Part shown: piece by piece, positions 26,524 to 35,256 of the stretch | Position numbering within the stretch: the first letter of the stretch is position 1 | Layout of the letters: every line of letters begins with the position of its first letter | Assembly: GCA_964598825.1 (NCBI GenBank) | Contig: CAZRDI010000001.1 | Coordinates: forward strand, 1-38,627 | Reading direction: 5' to 3' | Source of the DNA: an uncultured Dehalococcoidales bacterium | GTDB taxonomy: Bacteria; Chloroflexota; Dehalococcoidia; Dehalococcoidales; JAUXAP01 | Length of the DNA stretch: 38,627 nucleotides | The notes under the pieces: generated by a model | The model's database searches: none | What the model was told of the DNA's origin: nothing | Seen by the model: only the letters and a program-made list of their open reading frames with translations | Translations under genes and position numbers: made by a program

Positions 26524-27171
26524 GTGCTAAAAGCTGACCTGCATATTCATACTAAATACTCAATGGACTCCAGGAGCTCCCTTGAGGATATAATTAAACG
26601 CTGCCTGGAGATAGGGATAAACTGTATCGCCATCGCTGACCATGGTACTGTGGAGGGGGCATTAAAGATGCAGAGTCTGGCTCCGTTCCCGGTGATTGTG
26701 GCTGAGGAGATTCTAACCCCCCGTGGCGAGATTATGGGCATGTTTCTTAAAGAAGGGATACCCAGCGGTCTGTCTGTAGAGCAAACCATATCACAAATCA
26801 GGTCCCAGGATGCCCTGGTATGCATTCCGCACCCCTTTGATGCCTTCAGGGGGTCAGCCCTGGGGGCTGAGGTGGTGGAGGAGATCGTTGACCAGATTGA
26901 TGTTATAGAGATATTTAACGCCAGGGCTATCCGCTCCCGGGACTCCGCCAGGGCGAAGGCCTTTGCCCAAAAGCACGGTATTTGTGGTAGCGCCGGTAGC
27001 GATGCTCATACTCTAGGCGAAATAGGTAACGCCTACGTTGAGATGCCCGAGTTTAAAGGCAGGGATGATTTCCTACAGGCTCTGGAGAAGGGGAAGGTCC
27101 GGGGACACAGGACAACCCCCCTCATTCACTTTAACGGCCTTGCCCGCAGCATAAAAAAGCTTTTTAAGTAA
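26524..27171 (+). CDS. PHP-domain metal-dependent phosphoesterase
   Basis: 215 aa. ADLHIHTKYSMDS, AIADHGT, and later HP/DAH motifs of the PHP fold. GTG start. Confidence 0.7.
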   Translation: MLKADLHIHTKYSMDSRSSLEDIIKRCLEIGINCIAIADHGTVEGALKMQSLAPFPVIVAEEILTPRGEIMGMFLKEGIPSGLSVEQTISQIRSQDALVCIPHPFDAFRGSALGAEVVEEIVDQIDVIEIFNARAIRSRDSARAKAFAQKHGICGSAGSDAHTLGEIGNAYVEMPEFKGRDDFLQALEKGKVRGHRTTPLIHFNGLARSIKKLFK

Positions 27172-27178
27172 AGGCGGT

Positions 27179-28012
27179 GTGACCATGTATCAGTTCGGCT
27201 GGTTTTCCACAGGCAATAGGAGAGTTAATATTGACCTACTACAGACTGCGCAAACAAACATCAGGCAGGGAGAAATTGCTGCTGAAATAACCTTCGTCTT
27301 CTGTAATCGCGAACGTGGTGATTCAAAACATACTGACCTATTCCTTGACTATGTAGAGGCTCAAAATATACCTTTGATCTGTTTCTCCTATCCAAAATAC
27401 AAAGCAACTAGAGGATTGTCAAATCCCGACCCAGAAAAGACGTTGCCTGATTGGCGAATTGACTACGACAGAGAAGTGATGAAACGGCTGCAGGACTTTA
27501 ACCCCGACCTGTGCGTCCTCGCCGGCTACATGATGATTACGGGGCCGGAGCTATGCCAAAAATATGATATGATTAACCTGCACCCGGCCGCCCCGGGCGG
27601 CCCCGTTGGAACCTGGCAGCAGGTAATCTGGCAGCTGATTGACACTGACGCTCGGAATACAGGCGTATTGATGAACCTGGTAACCCCTGAGTTGGACAAG
27701 GGGCCGGTTGTGACTTACTGTACCTTTTCAATCAGAGGCGAACCTTTCGATAATTACTGGCGAGATATAGAGGGGCATTCAGTCAAGGAAATCAGGGAAA
27801 CGGAAGGCAAGGATAACCACCTTTTCAAGCTTATAAGGGAGTACGGTGTAGCTAGAGAGTTACCACTAATAGTATTGACCCTGAAGGCGTTCAGTCAGGG
27901 CAAGGTTAAGATAGTAGATGGCACGGTTATTGATTCCGAGGAGAAACAACTCAAGGGGTATAATCTGACTGACGAGATAAATGAACTGATGAAAGGGGTG
28001 CATAAAGATTGA
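27179..28012 (+). CDS. Formyltransferase-fold protein (PurN/GART-like N/H/D triad retained, atypical loop), function unknown
   Basis: 277 aa. INLHPAAPGGPVGTW stands in place of PurN INIHPSLLP, and VTPELDKGPVV in place of V.EELDGGPI, so Asn/His/Asp candidates are present. About 70 extra C-terminal residues. The start is GTG 27179 or ATG 27185. Confidence 0.5.
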   Translation: MTMYQFGWFSTGNRRVNIDLLQTAQTNIRQGEIAAEITFVFCNRERGDSKHTDLFLDYVEAQNIPLICFSYPKYKATRGLSNPDPEKTLPDWRIDYDREVMKRLQDFNPDLCVLAGYMMITGPELCQKYDMINLHPAAPGGPVGTWQQVIWQLIDTDARNTGVLMNLVTPELDKGPVVTYCTFSIRGEPFDNYWRDIEGHSVKEIRETEGKDNHLFKLIREYGVARELPLIVLTLKAFSQGKVKIVDGTVIDSEEKQLKGYNLTDEINELMKGVHKD

Positions 28013-29007
28013 ACTTCATTGCCTTTGACCTTGAAGGACCGTTATCACCTCAGGACAACGCCTATGAGCTGATGAAGCTCTTCCCCGATGGGGGTAAAAT
28101 TTTTGAGGTTATCAGCCGCTATGATGACCTGCTGGCACTGGAGGGAAGAGAGGACTATGAGCCAGGAGACACGCTGGCACTTATAGTACCCTTCCTCGTT
28201 CTCCATGGTATTTCAGAGGATAATATTACCGCACTGGCTATCGAAGCCAGTATAACCAGCGGTGCCAGCGAGCTTATCTTCCAGCTTCAGGCCCAGAGCT
28301 GGAAGATATTTTGCATCAGTACCAGCTACGAGCAGTATGCCACGCGCATTACCCAAAAGCTGGGCATTTACGCTCATAATGTTGCCTGCACATCCTTCCC
28401 CTTGAACAAGTTCCATCAGACGTTGAGCCAGGACGAGACGGTGCTGTTGCAACAGATAGAGAAAGATATCCTGACTATGAACCCTGATACCGATGATGAC
28501 CGGATTAAGCAAAGTTTAGACCAATTCTTCTGGGAAAAACTACCGGCTACCAACCTGGGCGAGGCAATAAAGGAGGTAAAGCCTGTAGGCGGGCATCGAA
28601 AGGTAGCTGCTTTAAACCGGTTCTCTGATAAATACGACCAGCCGTTATCAAAGTGGGTAGTAATAGGCGATAGCATTACCGATTCCAGAATGCTACAGGC
28701 AGTAGAAGAAGCAGGAGGGCTGTCTATTGCTTTTAACTCCAATAAATATGCCCTTCCCCACGCCACCATGAGCCTGGCTTCTACATCCATCGGCGACCTT
28801 GAAGAAGTTTTACAGGCATGGCAGAAAGGTCAGAGAAAAGCGGCAGAGAAACTGGTAAATGAGAAGGAGCGAGAGGGGGGCGCGGGTGACAGAGGTCATT
28901 TCCACTGGCTGGCCAGTGGAAAAAACATAGATAAGGTCGTTGAGGTAAATAAGATACATAAGAGAATAAGACGATTAGTAAGGGAGGAAGCCGGTAAGCT
29001 AGGTTGA
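28009..29007 (+). CDS. HAD-superfamily-like protein with atypical motif I (DLEGP); resembles archaeal EhaR-type proteins as far as I recall
   Basis: 332 aa. IAFDLEGPL (motif I with Glu replacing the second Asp), FCISTSY (motif II), GGHRK (motif III Lys) and VVIGDSITDSRML (motif IV). TTG start overlaps the upstream stop (TTGA). Confidence 0.45.
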   Translation: MNFIAFDLEGPLSPQDNAYELMKLFPDGGKIFEVISRYDDLLALEGREDYEPGDTLALIVPFLVLHGISEDNITALAIEASITSGASELIFQLQAQSWKIFCISTSYEQYATRITQKLGIYAHNVACTSFPLNKFHQTLSQDETVLLQQIEKDILTMNPDTDDDRIKQSLDQFFWEKLPATNLGEAIKEVKPVGGHRKVAALNRFSDKYDQPLSKWVVIGDSITDSRMLQAVEEAGGLSIAFNSNKYALPHATMSLASTSIGDLEEVLQAWQKGQRKAAEKLVNEKEREGGAGDRGHFHWLASGKNIDKVVEVNKIHKRIRRLVREEAGKLG

Positions 29008-29978
29008 CTATGAGCGGTAAGATTGAAGTAGTCGGGCTTGGAGCGCTGAATGTAGACCGACTTTACCAGGCGGAGCGGGTTCTCGTCGGCGGTGAGACGG
29101 CGGTAGACGAGCTGCCAGTTGTTCCCGGCGGCTCGGCGGCCAACACCATTTACGGTCTGGCCAAACTCGGAGTGAGCACCGGCTTCATCGGGGTCGTCGG
29201 CGACGATGCCGAGGGTAATATGCTGGTGCAGGACTTTCAAAAAGTCGGCACGGACACCAGCCAGATAAGAGTAAAGCACGAAGCAAAAACGGGTTCGGCA
29301 TTGTGCTTCATTGACAGGCTCGGCGAACGTTCCCTCTACGTTTCACCGGGGGTCAATAACCTGCTGAGCATAGATGACCTGGATTTAACCTACATAGACC
29401 GGGCAAAAATGCTTCACCTTTCTTCCTTTGCCGATGACAGACAGTTTAAAATGTCGGTGGAGCTGGCAGAGCGGCTGGATTTATCGGCTAAGCTCAGTTT
29501 TACCCCCGGCGCGCTCTATGTCGCCAAGGGGCTCAAGGCTTTAACCCCCATACTGGCCAAGACCTATGTTCTTTTTATAAACCAGAGTGAGATACAGGAG
29601 TTGACCGGTAAGGATTTTAAGGCGGGGGCTAAAATCTGTCTTGAGCAGGGCTGCCACATAGTTGTGGTCACCTTGGGCAAAGGAGTCAGCTATAAAACTA
29701 CCACGGCTACCAGCTACATCAGAGACGCGGAAAACGAATACACGGTTGAGTCAGATAACGAAAGCGTAACGCCTGCCCTGGATACAACCGGCGCCGGCGA
29801 TGCCTTCGCCAGCGGGTTTCTCTACGGTCTGCTTAAAGGGAAGGGTCTTGAAGAATGTGGCCGTCTCGGCGACATTGCAGCCCAGTTCTGCATTGCGAAG
29901 CTCGGGGCAAGAGCAGGACTGCCCAACCTCAACGAGCTGTCCCAACGCTACCAGGAACTCTATAACAAAAAGTTGTAA
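29004..29978 (+). CDS. PfkB/ribokinase-family carbohydrate or nucleoside kinase
   Basis: 324 aa. N-terminal GG.AAN motif (PGGSAANTIYGLAKLG) and C-terminal DTTGAGDAFASGFLYGLL anion-hole motif. The start is TTG 29004 (overlaps the upstream TGA) or ATG 29010. Confidence 0.8.
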   Translation: MTMSGKIEVVGLGALNVDRLYQAERVLVGGETAVDELPVVPGGSAANTIYGLAKLGVSTGFIGVVGDDAEGNMLVQDFQKVGTDTSQIRVKHEAKTGSALCFIDRLGERSLYVSPGVNNLLSIDDLDLTYIDRAKMLHLSSFADDRQFKMSVELAERLDLSAKLSFTPGALYVAKGLKALTPILAKTYVLFINQSEIQELTGKDFKAGAKICLEQGCHIVVVTLGKGVSYKTTTATSYIRDAENEYTVESDNESVTPALDTTGAGDAFASGFLYGLLKGKGLEECGRLGDIAAQFCIAKLGARAGLPNLNELSQRYQELYNKKL

Positions 29979-30584
29979 CTACTTCTTTTCGGGTTTAGTC
30001 AGGATCTCATCCACAAGCCCGTATTCTACTGCCTGCTCAGGGTTAAGGTAGAAATCACGGTCGATATCATGGGTTATCTTATCCAGAGGTTGCCCCGTGT
30101 GCTTGGATAGAATACCCTGGATTATTTCCTGCATCCGCATAATCTCACGAGCAGCAATAGCCACATCAGCCGCCTGCCCCTGGGCGCCACCGAACGCCTG
30201 ATGCAGGTGGATGGTAGCATTAGGTAAAGCATAGCGTTTGCCCTTAACTCCGGCACAAAGCAGCACCGTCGCCATACTTGCCGCCAGCCCAACGCAGATG
30301 GTAGATACCGGAGCGCGGATTAGCTGCATGGTGTCGTAAATAGCCAGACCGGCATTAATAACACCACCCGGACTCTGAATATACATGCTGATGTCTTTAT
30401 CCGGGTTCTCACGGTCCAGATAGAGAAGCTGAGCAATAATCACGTTAGCCACCTGGTCATTAATCGGTGTGAACAACATAACTATGCGTTCTCTTAATAG
30501 CAGGGAGTATATATCCCAAAATCTTTCACCCCTCGGCCCACTCTCAACCACACCAGGAATAACATTCATTGGTAGATCATTCAT
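29979..30584 (-). CDS. clpP: ATP-dependent Clp protease proteolytic subunit
   Basis: RGERFWDIYS.LLRERI, the GLAASMA Ser-nucleophile block, and IHQ. The track start TTG 30617 adds 11 aa. ATG 30584 is preceded by GGAGGAAGG, so I used it (201 aa). Confidence 0.9.
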   Translation of the reverse strand: MNDLPMNVIPGVVESGPRGERFWDIYSLLLRERIVMLFTPINDQVANVIIAQLLYLDRENPDKDISMYIQSPGGVINAGLAIYDTMQLIRAPVSTICVGLAASMATVLLCAGVKGKRYALPNATIHLHQAFGGAQGQAADVAIAAREIMRMQEIIQGILSKHTGQPLDKITHDIDRDFYLNPEQAVEYGLVDEILTKPEKK

Positions 30585-30605
30585 TTTTCCTTCCTCCGTT
30601 CCACT

Positions 30606-30635
30606 ATTATAAAACAAGGGCCTACTGTTTCACAA
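30606..30635 (-). promoter_or_regulatory. possible internal promoter in the tig-clpP spacer
   Basis: Minus strand TTGTGA (30635-30630), 18-nt spacer, TATAAT (30611-30606). The leader would be very short, so this is a weak call. Confidence 0.25.
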
Positions 30636-30661
30636 CAGCCTGAGTATTACTTTCTCTAGCC

Positions 30662-31954
30662 CTACGCATCTGCGGAGCCTTTAGCTATCTCCACCAGTTT
30701 CTGTAAAGTTTTTCGTGTAGTTAGCATTCCTTTTATTGACTGACGGGCCTGCGGATTATCTAAATATTCCTGCAGTCTACTCTCATTATCAGCGTTACCA
30801 CCTTTTGTCATGTTTTCAATCTCGCCATCTATCTCAGCATCACTGACTTCAATCTTTTCCTCCTCAGTAACCTTGCCCAGCACCAGCGCCTGGGTGGCCC
30901 GCTTTGTAGCCAATGGACGCAGTTCCTCCCGCAATTCCTCTTCCGTCTTGTTAATCCTTTTAAGATACTCCTCCAGACCTCTGTTCTCCGCCTGCCAGTA
31001 CTGTAACTGCTGGTTGATGAGCCTGTCGGTTTCCACCTCTACCAGAATGGGCGGGAACTCCACCTTCGAAAGGACGATAACGGCTTCAACTACCCGCTCC
31101 TCAAAATCTATTCTGGCTCTTTCATCAGCCCTGGACTTCAGGTCAGTGGAGATACGTTCCCGAAGTGAGTCCACGGTTTCAAATTCAGGGCTAATCTCCT
31201 TGGCAAATTCATCATTTAGTTCAGGGAGCCGCTCTTCTTTAATTTCGGTAACCGTTACTTTGAATGAAGCCTCTTTATCCGCTAAATCGGCGTTGGCGAA
31301 ATCCGGGGGGAACTTGAGCTTAAACTCCTTCTCTACATCCCGTCCCATCCCGGCTAGCTGCTCGGCGAATCCCGGCACGGGAAAGGCCAGGTCTTTTAGA
31401 ACCTGATATTGAGCTCCCTTCTGGTTTATGAAAGGTTTATCCTCAATAGTGCTCTCAATATCCAGAAACACCATGTCAGTAAAGTTTACCGGGCGCTCTA
31501 CCGGCTCCCAGGTAGCGTGCTGGTGGCGCAATTGCTCTATGGTAGCGTTAATATCATCCTCTTTTACTTCTACGGGTTCCGGGGTGACCCGAATACCGGA
31601 ATAGTCTCCAAGTTCAACCACAGGCGGTAACGGAACGGTTGCCTTAAATATCAGCGGGTCGGTCTGGGTTACTTCAATGTTTGGATAGGCGAAAGCATCA
31701 ATTTCCTGCTCCTTAATGGCTTCCCCATAAGCCTGAGGAAGCAGCTCGTTGATGGCATCCTCAAGAAGTTTTTCCTTGCCTATGTGGCGTTCCAGCACAG
31801 CCCGCGTTGCTTTACCCTTACGGAAACCGGGAATATTCGTTTTCTTAACCAGGCGTTTATAAGACTTATCTAGGGACTCATCTACCTCGGCAGGCTCCAT
31901 CTCAATGGTCAGGAACACCTGATTATTTTCCGTCTTGTCTCTGGTTACCTGCAT
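30662..31954 (-). CDS. tig: Trigger factor
   Basis: 430 aa. N-terminal ribosome-binding motif GFRKGKA, a central FKBP-like region, and a helical acidic C-domain. Confidence 0.9.
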   Translation of the reverse strand: MQVTRDKTENNQVFLTIEMEPAEVDESLDKSYKRLVKKTNIPGFRKGKATRAVLERHIGKEKLLEDAINELLPQAYGEAIKEQEIDAFAYPNIEVTQTDPLIFKATVPLPPVVELGDYSGIRVTPEPVEVKEDDINATIEQLRHQHATWEPVERPVNFTDMVFLDIESTIEDKPFINQKGAQYQVLKDLAFPVPGFAEQLAGMGRDVEKEFKLKFPPDFANADLADKEASFKVTVTEIKEERLPELNDEFAKEISPEFETVDSLRERISTDLKSRADERARIDFEERVVEAVIVLSKVEFPPILVEVETDRLINQQLQYWQAENRGLEEYLKRINKTEEELREELRPLATKRATQALVLGKVTEEEKIEVSDAEIDGEIENMTKGGNADNESRLQEYLDNPQARQSIKGMLTTRKTLQKLVEIAKGSADA

Positions 31955-31965
31955 CTCTAACTCCC

Positions 31966-32892
31966 CTATCCAGCCAAATACCGTTGACGGTAATATCCGA
32001 TATGACCGGCAACAATCAAAGGTAAATGGTCATTACTTATGTATTCATACAAAGGCGGATTCCTCTTAAGCGGTTCTAACTCGGCACGGGTGTGGGCTGT
32101 CAGCTTTTCAATCGCATCCTCAAAAGTACCCTTCTCTATTGTTTCCATCACTATGTCGTGCCAGACCTGTATCTTATCCAGATTTGATTGTAAATCTTCC
32201 TGAACCTTACTACTTACGCCAAAATGCGAGTAGTAGATTGCTTTAGCCTTTAGTTCCATCAGTTTTTTAATCGTGTCGCTGTTTTGCTCAAAATCAAAGT
32301 TTGGTGGAGGGTGGAAGGGTAAGAAGACCTCGCCCCCGGCTAAGGATACCGCTACTGCGTCCCCGGTAAACAGCCCCTGGTTACGACTCTCATATATGCA
32401 TAGCTCATGCGGGGCATGTCCCGGGGCATCAATAAAGCTTAGAACCTGCTTATCACTCAGCCTGATTGTATCGCCATCCTCTACTGCCAGCACCCTTTCC
32501 GACTCCACCGGTATTACCTCACCGCTTCTAGCCATAGCCCCCTCCCCCTGCGCCCGGATAACGCTTTTTACCAGTCTTTCCGGACTTACCAGATGCCTGG
32601 CACCCCTGTGGTGAACCACCACCTGTGCGTTAGGCATATCTCTAAGGAGAGCTCCCGCACCCCCGGCGTGGTCTAAATGAATGTGGGTAACAATAATATA
32701 GGCGATATCCTCAGGCTTGATGCCACTGCTTCTAATGCCCTCAAGAACAACCCCGGCTGAGGTCGTCGGTCCGGTTTCAACCAGTGCCTTCTTTTCTTCA
32801 TTAAGGATATAGACCGAACCCCACTCCTGGAGTGAATATAGCTGATTATCAAACATGTATATATTTTCAGCTACCTCATTTATGTCAACCAC
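31966..32892 (-). CDS. Metallo-beta-lactamase-fold hydrolase
   Basis: 308 aa. THIHLDHAGG (HxHxDH), later GH and D...H ligands. GTG start 3 nt after the aspS stop. Ends 11 nt before the tig ATG. Confidence 0.75.
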   Translation of the reverse strand: MVDINEVAENIYMFDNQLYSLQEWGSVYILNEEKKALVETGPTTSAGVVLEGIRSSGIKPEDIAYIIVTHIHLDHAGGAGALLRDMPNAQVVVHHRGARHLVSPERLVKSVIRAQGEGAMARSGEVIPVESERVLAVEDGDTIRLSDKQVLSFIDAPGHAPHELCIYESRNQGLFTGDAVAVSLAGGEVFLPFHPPPNFDFEQNSDTIKKLMELKAKAIYYSHFGVSSKVQEDLQSNLDKIQVWHDIVMETIEKGTFEDAIEKLTAHTRAELEPLKRNPPLYEYISNDHLPLIVAGHIGYYRQRYLAG

Positions 32893-32895
32893 ACC

Positions 32896-34689
32896 CTACT
32901 CCTCTCGCAGACGAATATGCAGTTCAGCCAGTTGCTCATCGGTAGCTGACACAGGAGCACCAAAAAGTAAATCGGTGGCGCTCTGGCTCTTGGGAAAAGC
33001 CATTACATCCCTGATGTTTTCTTCCCCTGTCAGTAGCATCACGGTGCGGTCAATACCGGAGGCTATGCCGCCATGAGGCGGTGCACCGTATTCAAAAGCC
33101 TCAAGCAGATGCCCGAAGCGCTCTTCAATCTCTTCATCCCTATAACCCAGCAGCCTGAACACCTTCCTCTGGAGCTCTGCTTTGTGAATCCTAATGCTGC
33201 CGCCGCCAAGCTCAAACCCGTTACATATCATGTCATAGTGCCTGCCCTGCACTTTCTCCGGAGCAGTATCCAGCAGAGACATATCCTCGTCTCTGGGCGA
33301 AGTAAACGGATGATGCATCGGCTCCCATTGCCCGGTCTCTTCATTTCTATCAAACAGCGGGAAATCAACAACGAAAGCGAAAGCGAGCCGATTGGGCTCA
33401 GCCAACTTAAGCCGATGCCCCATCTCCTGACGCAGCTTGTCCAGTGCCATGTTAACCAGCCTGGGTTTACCGGCAATAATAAGCAGGAGATCTCCTATGC
33501 TGGCACTCAGGCGCTCCGCCATCTGCTTAACCCGGTCAATGGTGAGAAACTTGGCTGCCACCGATTTCACCATCTCAATAGTCAAACCATCCAGGCTACC
33601 GGCAGAGGTACCCAGAGACATTGTTATCACGCCCTCGGCACCAACACCCTGGACCAGTTTATTAAGCTCGTTAAACTGACTGCGGCTATAATCGGCACAA
33701 CCGGGGGCACATATCGCCTTCACCTTACCTCCGTCAGCAATAGCCGAACGGAAAATGGAGAAATCGGATTCGGCAACAATGTCCGACAGGTCTTTTAGCT
33801 CCAGTCCAAAACGCAAATCCGGCTTATCCGAGCCGTAACGCTCCATTGCCTCCGCATAGCTGAGACGTGGGAAGGGTTTCGTCAGCTGCATTTCGGGCTT
33901 GAGTGTCTCTACCATAGAAGTGTGAAGTTCCTCCATCAGATTGAGGATATCCTCCTCTTCAGCAAAACTCATTTCCAGGTCAAGCTGGGTGAACTCCGGC
34001 TGACGGTCAGCCCGCGTGTCTTCATCACGAAAGCACTTGGCAATCTGGTAATACTTTTCCACCCCGGCTACCATCAACAACTGTTTGAGCTGCTGTGGAG
34101 ACTGAGGTAGAGCATAAAATTTACCGGGGTGAACACGGCTGGGCACCAGATAATCGCGAGCCCCTTCAGGAGTGCTCTTAATCAGAATCGGCGTTTCCAC
34201 CTCTGTGAATCCTCTGGCATCCAGAAAATCACGGATGTGCTTCACTATCCGGGAACGAAGTCTCAGGTTTTCCCTCATCCGGGTCCGGCGCAGGTCAAGA
34301 TAGCGGTACTTAAGTCGGAGGCTCTCCTCAACTTCAATTTCCTCGTTGATATAGAAAGGTGGTGTCTTTGACTGGTTGAGTATAGTTGCGTCACTGGCGA
34401 TAACCTCAATCTCACCGGTGGGCAGGTTAGGATTTTCAGTCCCCGGTGGACGGAGGGCGACTTCACCGCTAACTCTAGCCACATATTCACTTCGTATCTC
34501 GCTGGCTGTTTCATGGCTTGGTTTTGACAGTTCCGGATTGAATACCACCTGGACTACGCCCGCCACATCCCGCAGGTCAATAAATATCAGCCCGCCGTGG
34601 TCACGGCGGCGGTCTACCCAACCAGCCAGGGTTACCCTGGTACCGGCGTGCTTCTTTCTCAGCTCGCCACAGCTATGACTCTTAAGCAA
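32896..34689 (-). CDS. aspS: Aspartyl-tRNA synthetase, bacterial long type
   Basis: 597 aa. OB-fold N-domain (GWV.RRRDHGGLIFIDLRD), class II motifs (FRDED.RADRQPEFTQLD; GGGSIRIH; GAPPHGG.A.G.DR) and the bacterial insertion domain. TTG start 5 nt after AGGAGG. Confidence 0.95.
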   Translation of the reverse strand: MLKSHSCGELRKKHAGTRVTLAGWVDRRRDHGGLIFIDLRDVAGVVQVVFNPELSKPSHETASEIRSEYVARVSGEVALRPPGTENPNLPTGEIEVIASDATILNQSKTPPFYINEEIEVEESLRLKYRYLDLRRTRMRENLRLRSRIVKHIRDFLDARGFTEVETPILIKSTPEGARDYLVPSRVHPGKFYALPQSPQQLKQLLMVAGVEKYYQIAKCFRDEDTRADRQPEFTQLDLEMSFAEEEDILNLMEELHTSMVETLKPEMQLTKPFPRLSYAEAMERYGSDKPDLRFGLELKDLSDIVAESDFSIFRSAIADGGKVKAICAPGCADYSRSQFNELNKLVQGVGAEGVITMSLGTSAGSLDGLTIEMVKSVAAKFLTIDRVKQMAERLSASIGDLLLIIAGKPRLVNMALDKLRQEMGHRLKLAEPNRLAFAFVVDFPLFDRNEETGQWEPMHHPFTSPRDEDMSLLDTAPEKVQGRHYDMICNGFELGGGSIRIHKAELQRKVFRLLGYRDEEIEERFGHLLEAFEYGAPPHGGIASGIDRTVMLLTGEENIRDVMAFPKSQSATDLLFGAPVSATDEQLAELHIRLREE

Positions 34690-34723
34690 AAACGCCTCCT
34701 ATTTTTGAGAAACACTAAGGCTG

Positions 34724-34752
34724 ATTATAGCTTATAAGCGTTTGCTCTTCAA
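34724..34752 (-). promoter_or_regulatory. sigma70-like promoter candidate of aspS
   Basis: Minus strand TTGAAG (34752-34747), 17-nt spacer, TATAAT (34729-34724). Leaves only about 30 nt of leader. Confidence 0.45.
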
Positions 34753-34773
34753 CTTGAGAGCTACAAAAGCAAA

Positions 34774-34802
34774 TTGACAAGCAAGGGCTTTAATACTATC
34801 AT
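34774..34802 (+). promoter_or_regulatory. sigma70-like promoter candidate of the Cys-rich gene / sulfur cluster
   Basis: TTGACA (34774-34779), 17-nt spacer, TATCAT (34797-34802). Divergent from the aspS promoter. Confidence 0.4.
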
Positions 34803-34852
34803 CATAATGAGGTAATTACGAAGCAGGTAATAACTTAAGAGGAGTAAGCATA

Positions 34853-35125
34853 ATGCCAGGAGCATGTGGTATAGCTTGTGAGGTCTGTGCACTTCATGAA
34901 AAGGAGATATGCCCAGGATGCGTTGCCGGAACCGATGCCAAGGCCCCAAAGTTTGTGGAGGCGCTCAAGGAATGGGAGATAACCTGTTCAGTGCTTGAGT
35001 GTGCCATGAAGAATAAGGTGGATTATTGCTTTAAGTGCGGGAAATTCCCCTGTGATGCCCATTATCAGGCGGGCCCCTATACCAAGGGGCTTCTGGATAC
35101 TTGGAAGAAGTTTTTGAAGAAGTAA
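34853..35125 (+). CDS. Small Cys-rich protein, DUF3795-like
   Basis: 90 aa with 10 Cys: CGIACEVC, CPGC, C....C, CFKCGKFPC. This spacing resembles the DUF3795 pattern as I recall it. GAGGAG lies 9 nt upstream of the ATG. Confidence 0.5.
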   Translation: MPGACGIACEVCALHEKEICPGCVAGTDAKAPKFVEALKEWEITCSVLECAMKNKVDYCFKCGKFPCDAHYQAGPYTKGLLDTWKKFLKK

Positions 35126-35256
35126 GCTGGTCCTATTCATCTGGAGATTGTAAGAAAAGAGTTTCCTTATCGTAAAAAGCTCTTAATGCTCTTAAAGGGT
35201 TTAAAGAAAAGAAATAATCAGGGCTAGCACTTCGTAACTGCCTCAAGGTTAAAGAT

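Noticed and set aside
30810-31406. 198-aa Ser-rich + strand ORF within tig
   Set aside because: Antisense to the acidic C-terminal half of trigger factor (GAA/GAG-rich codons read as Ser/Phe on the other strand). Low complexity.
33073-33798. 241-aa + strand ORF within aspS
   Set aside because: Antisense shadow; the AspRS frame carries class II motifs 1-3 throughout this span.
34690-34752. Possible T-box leader upstream of aspS
   Set aside because: The best promoter match leaves only about 30 nt between the -10 element and the TTG start. That is far too short for a T-box (normally more than 200 nt), and I saw no specifier or T-box sequence.
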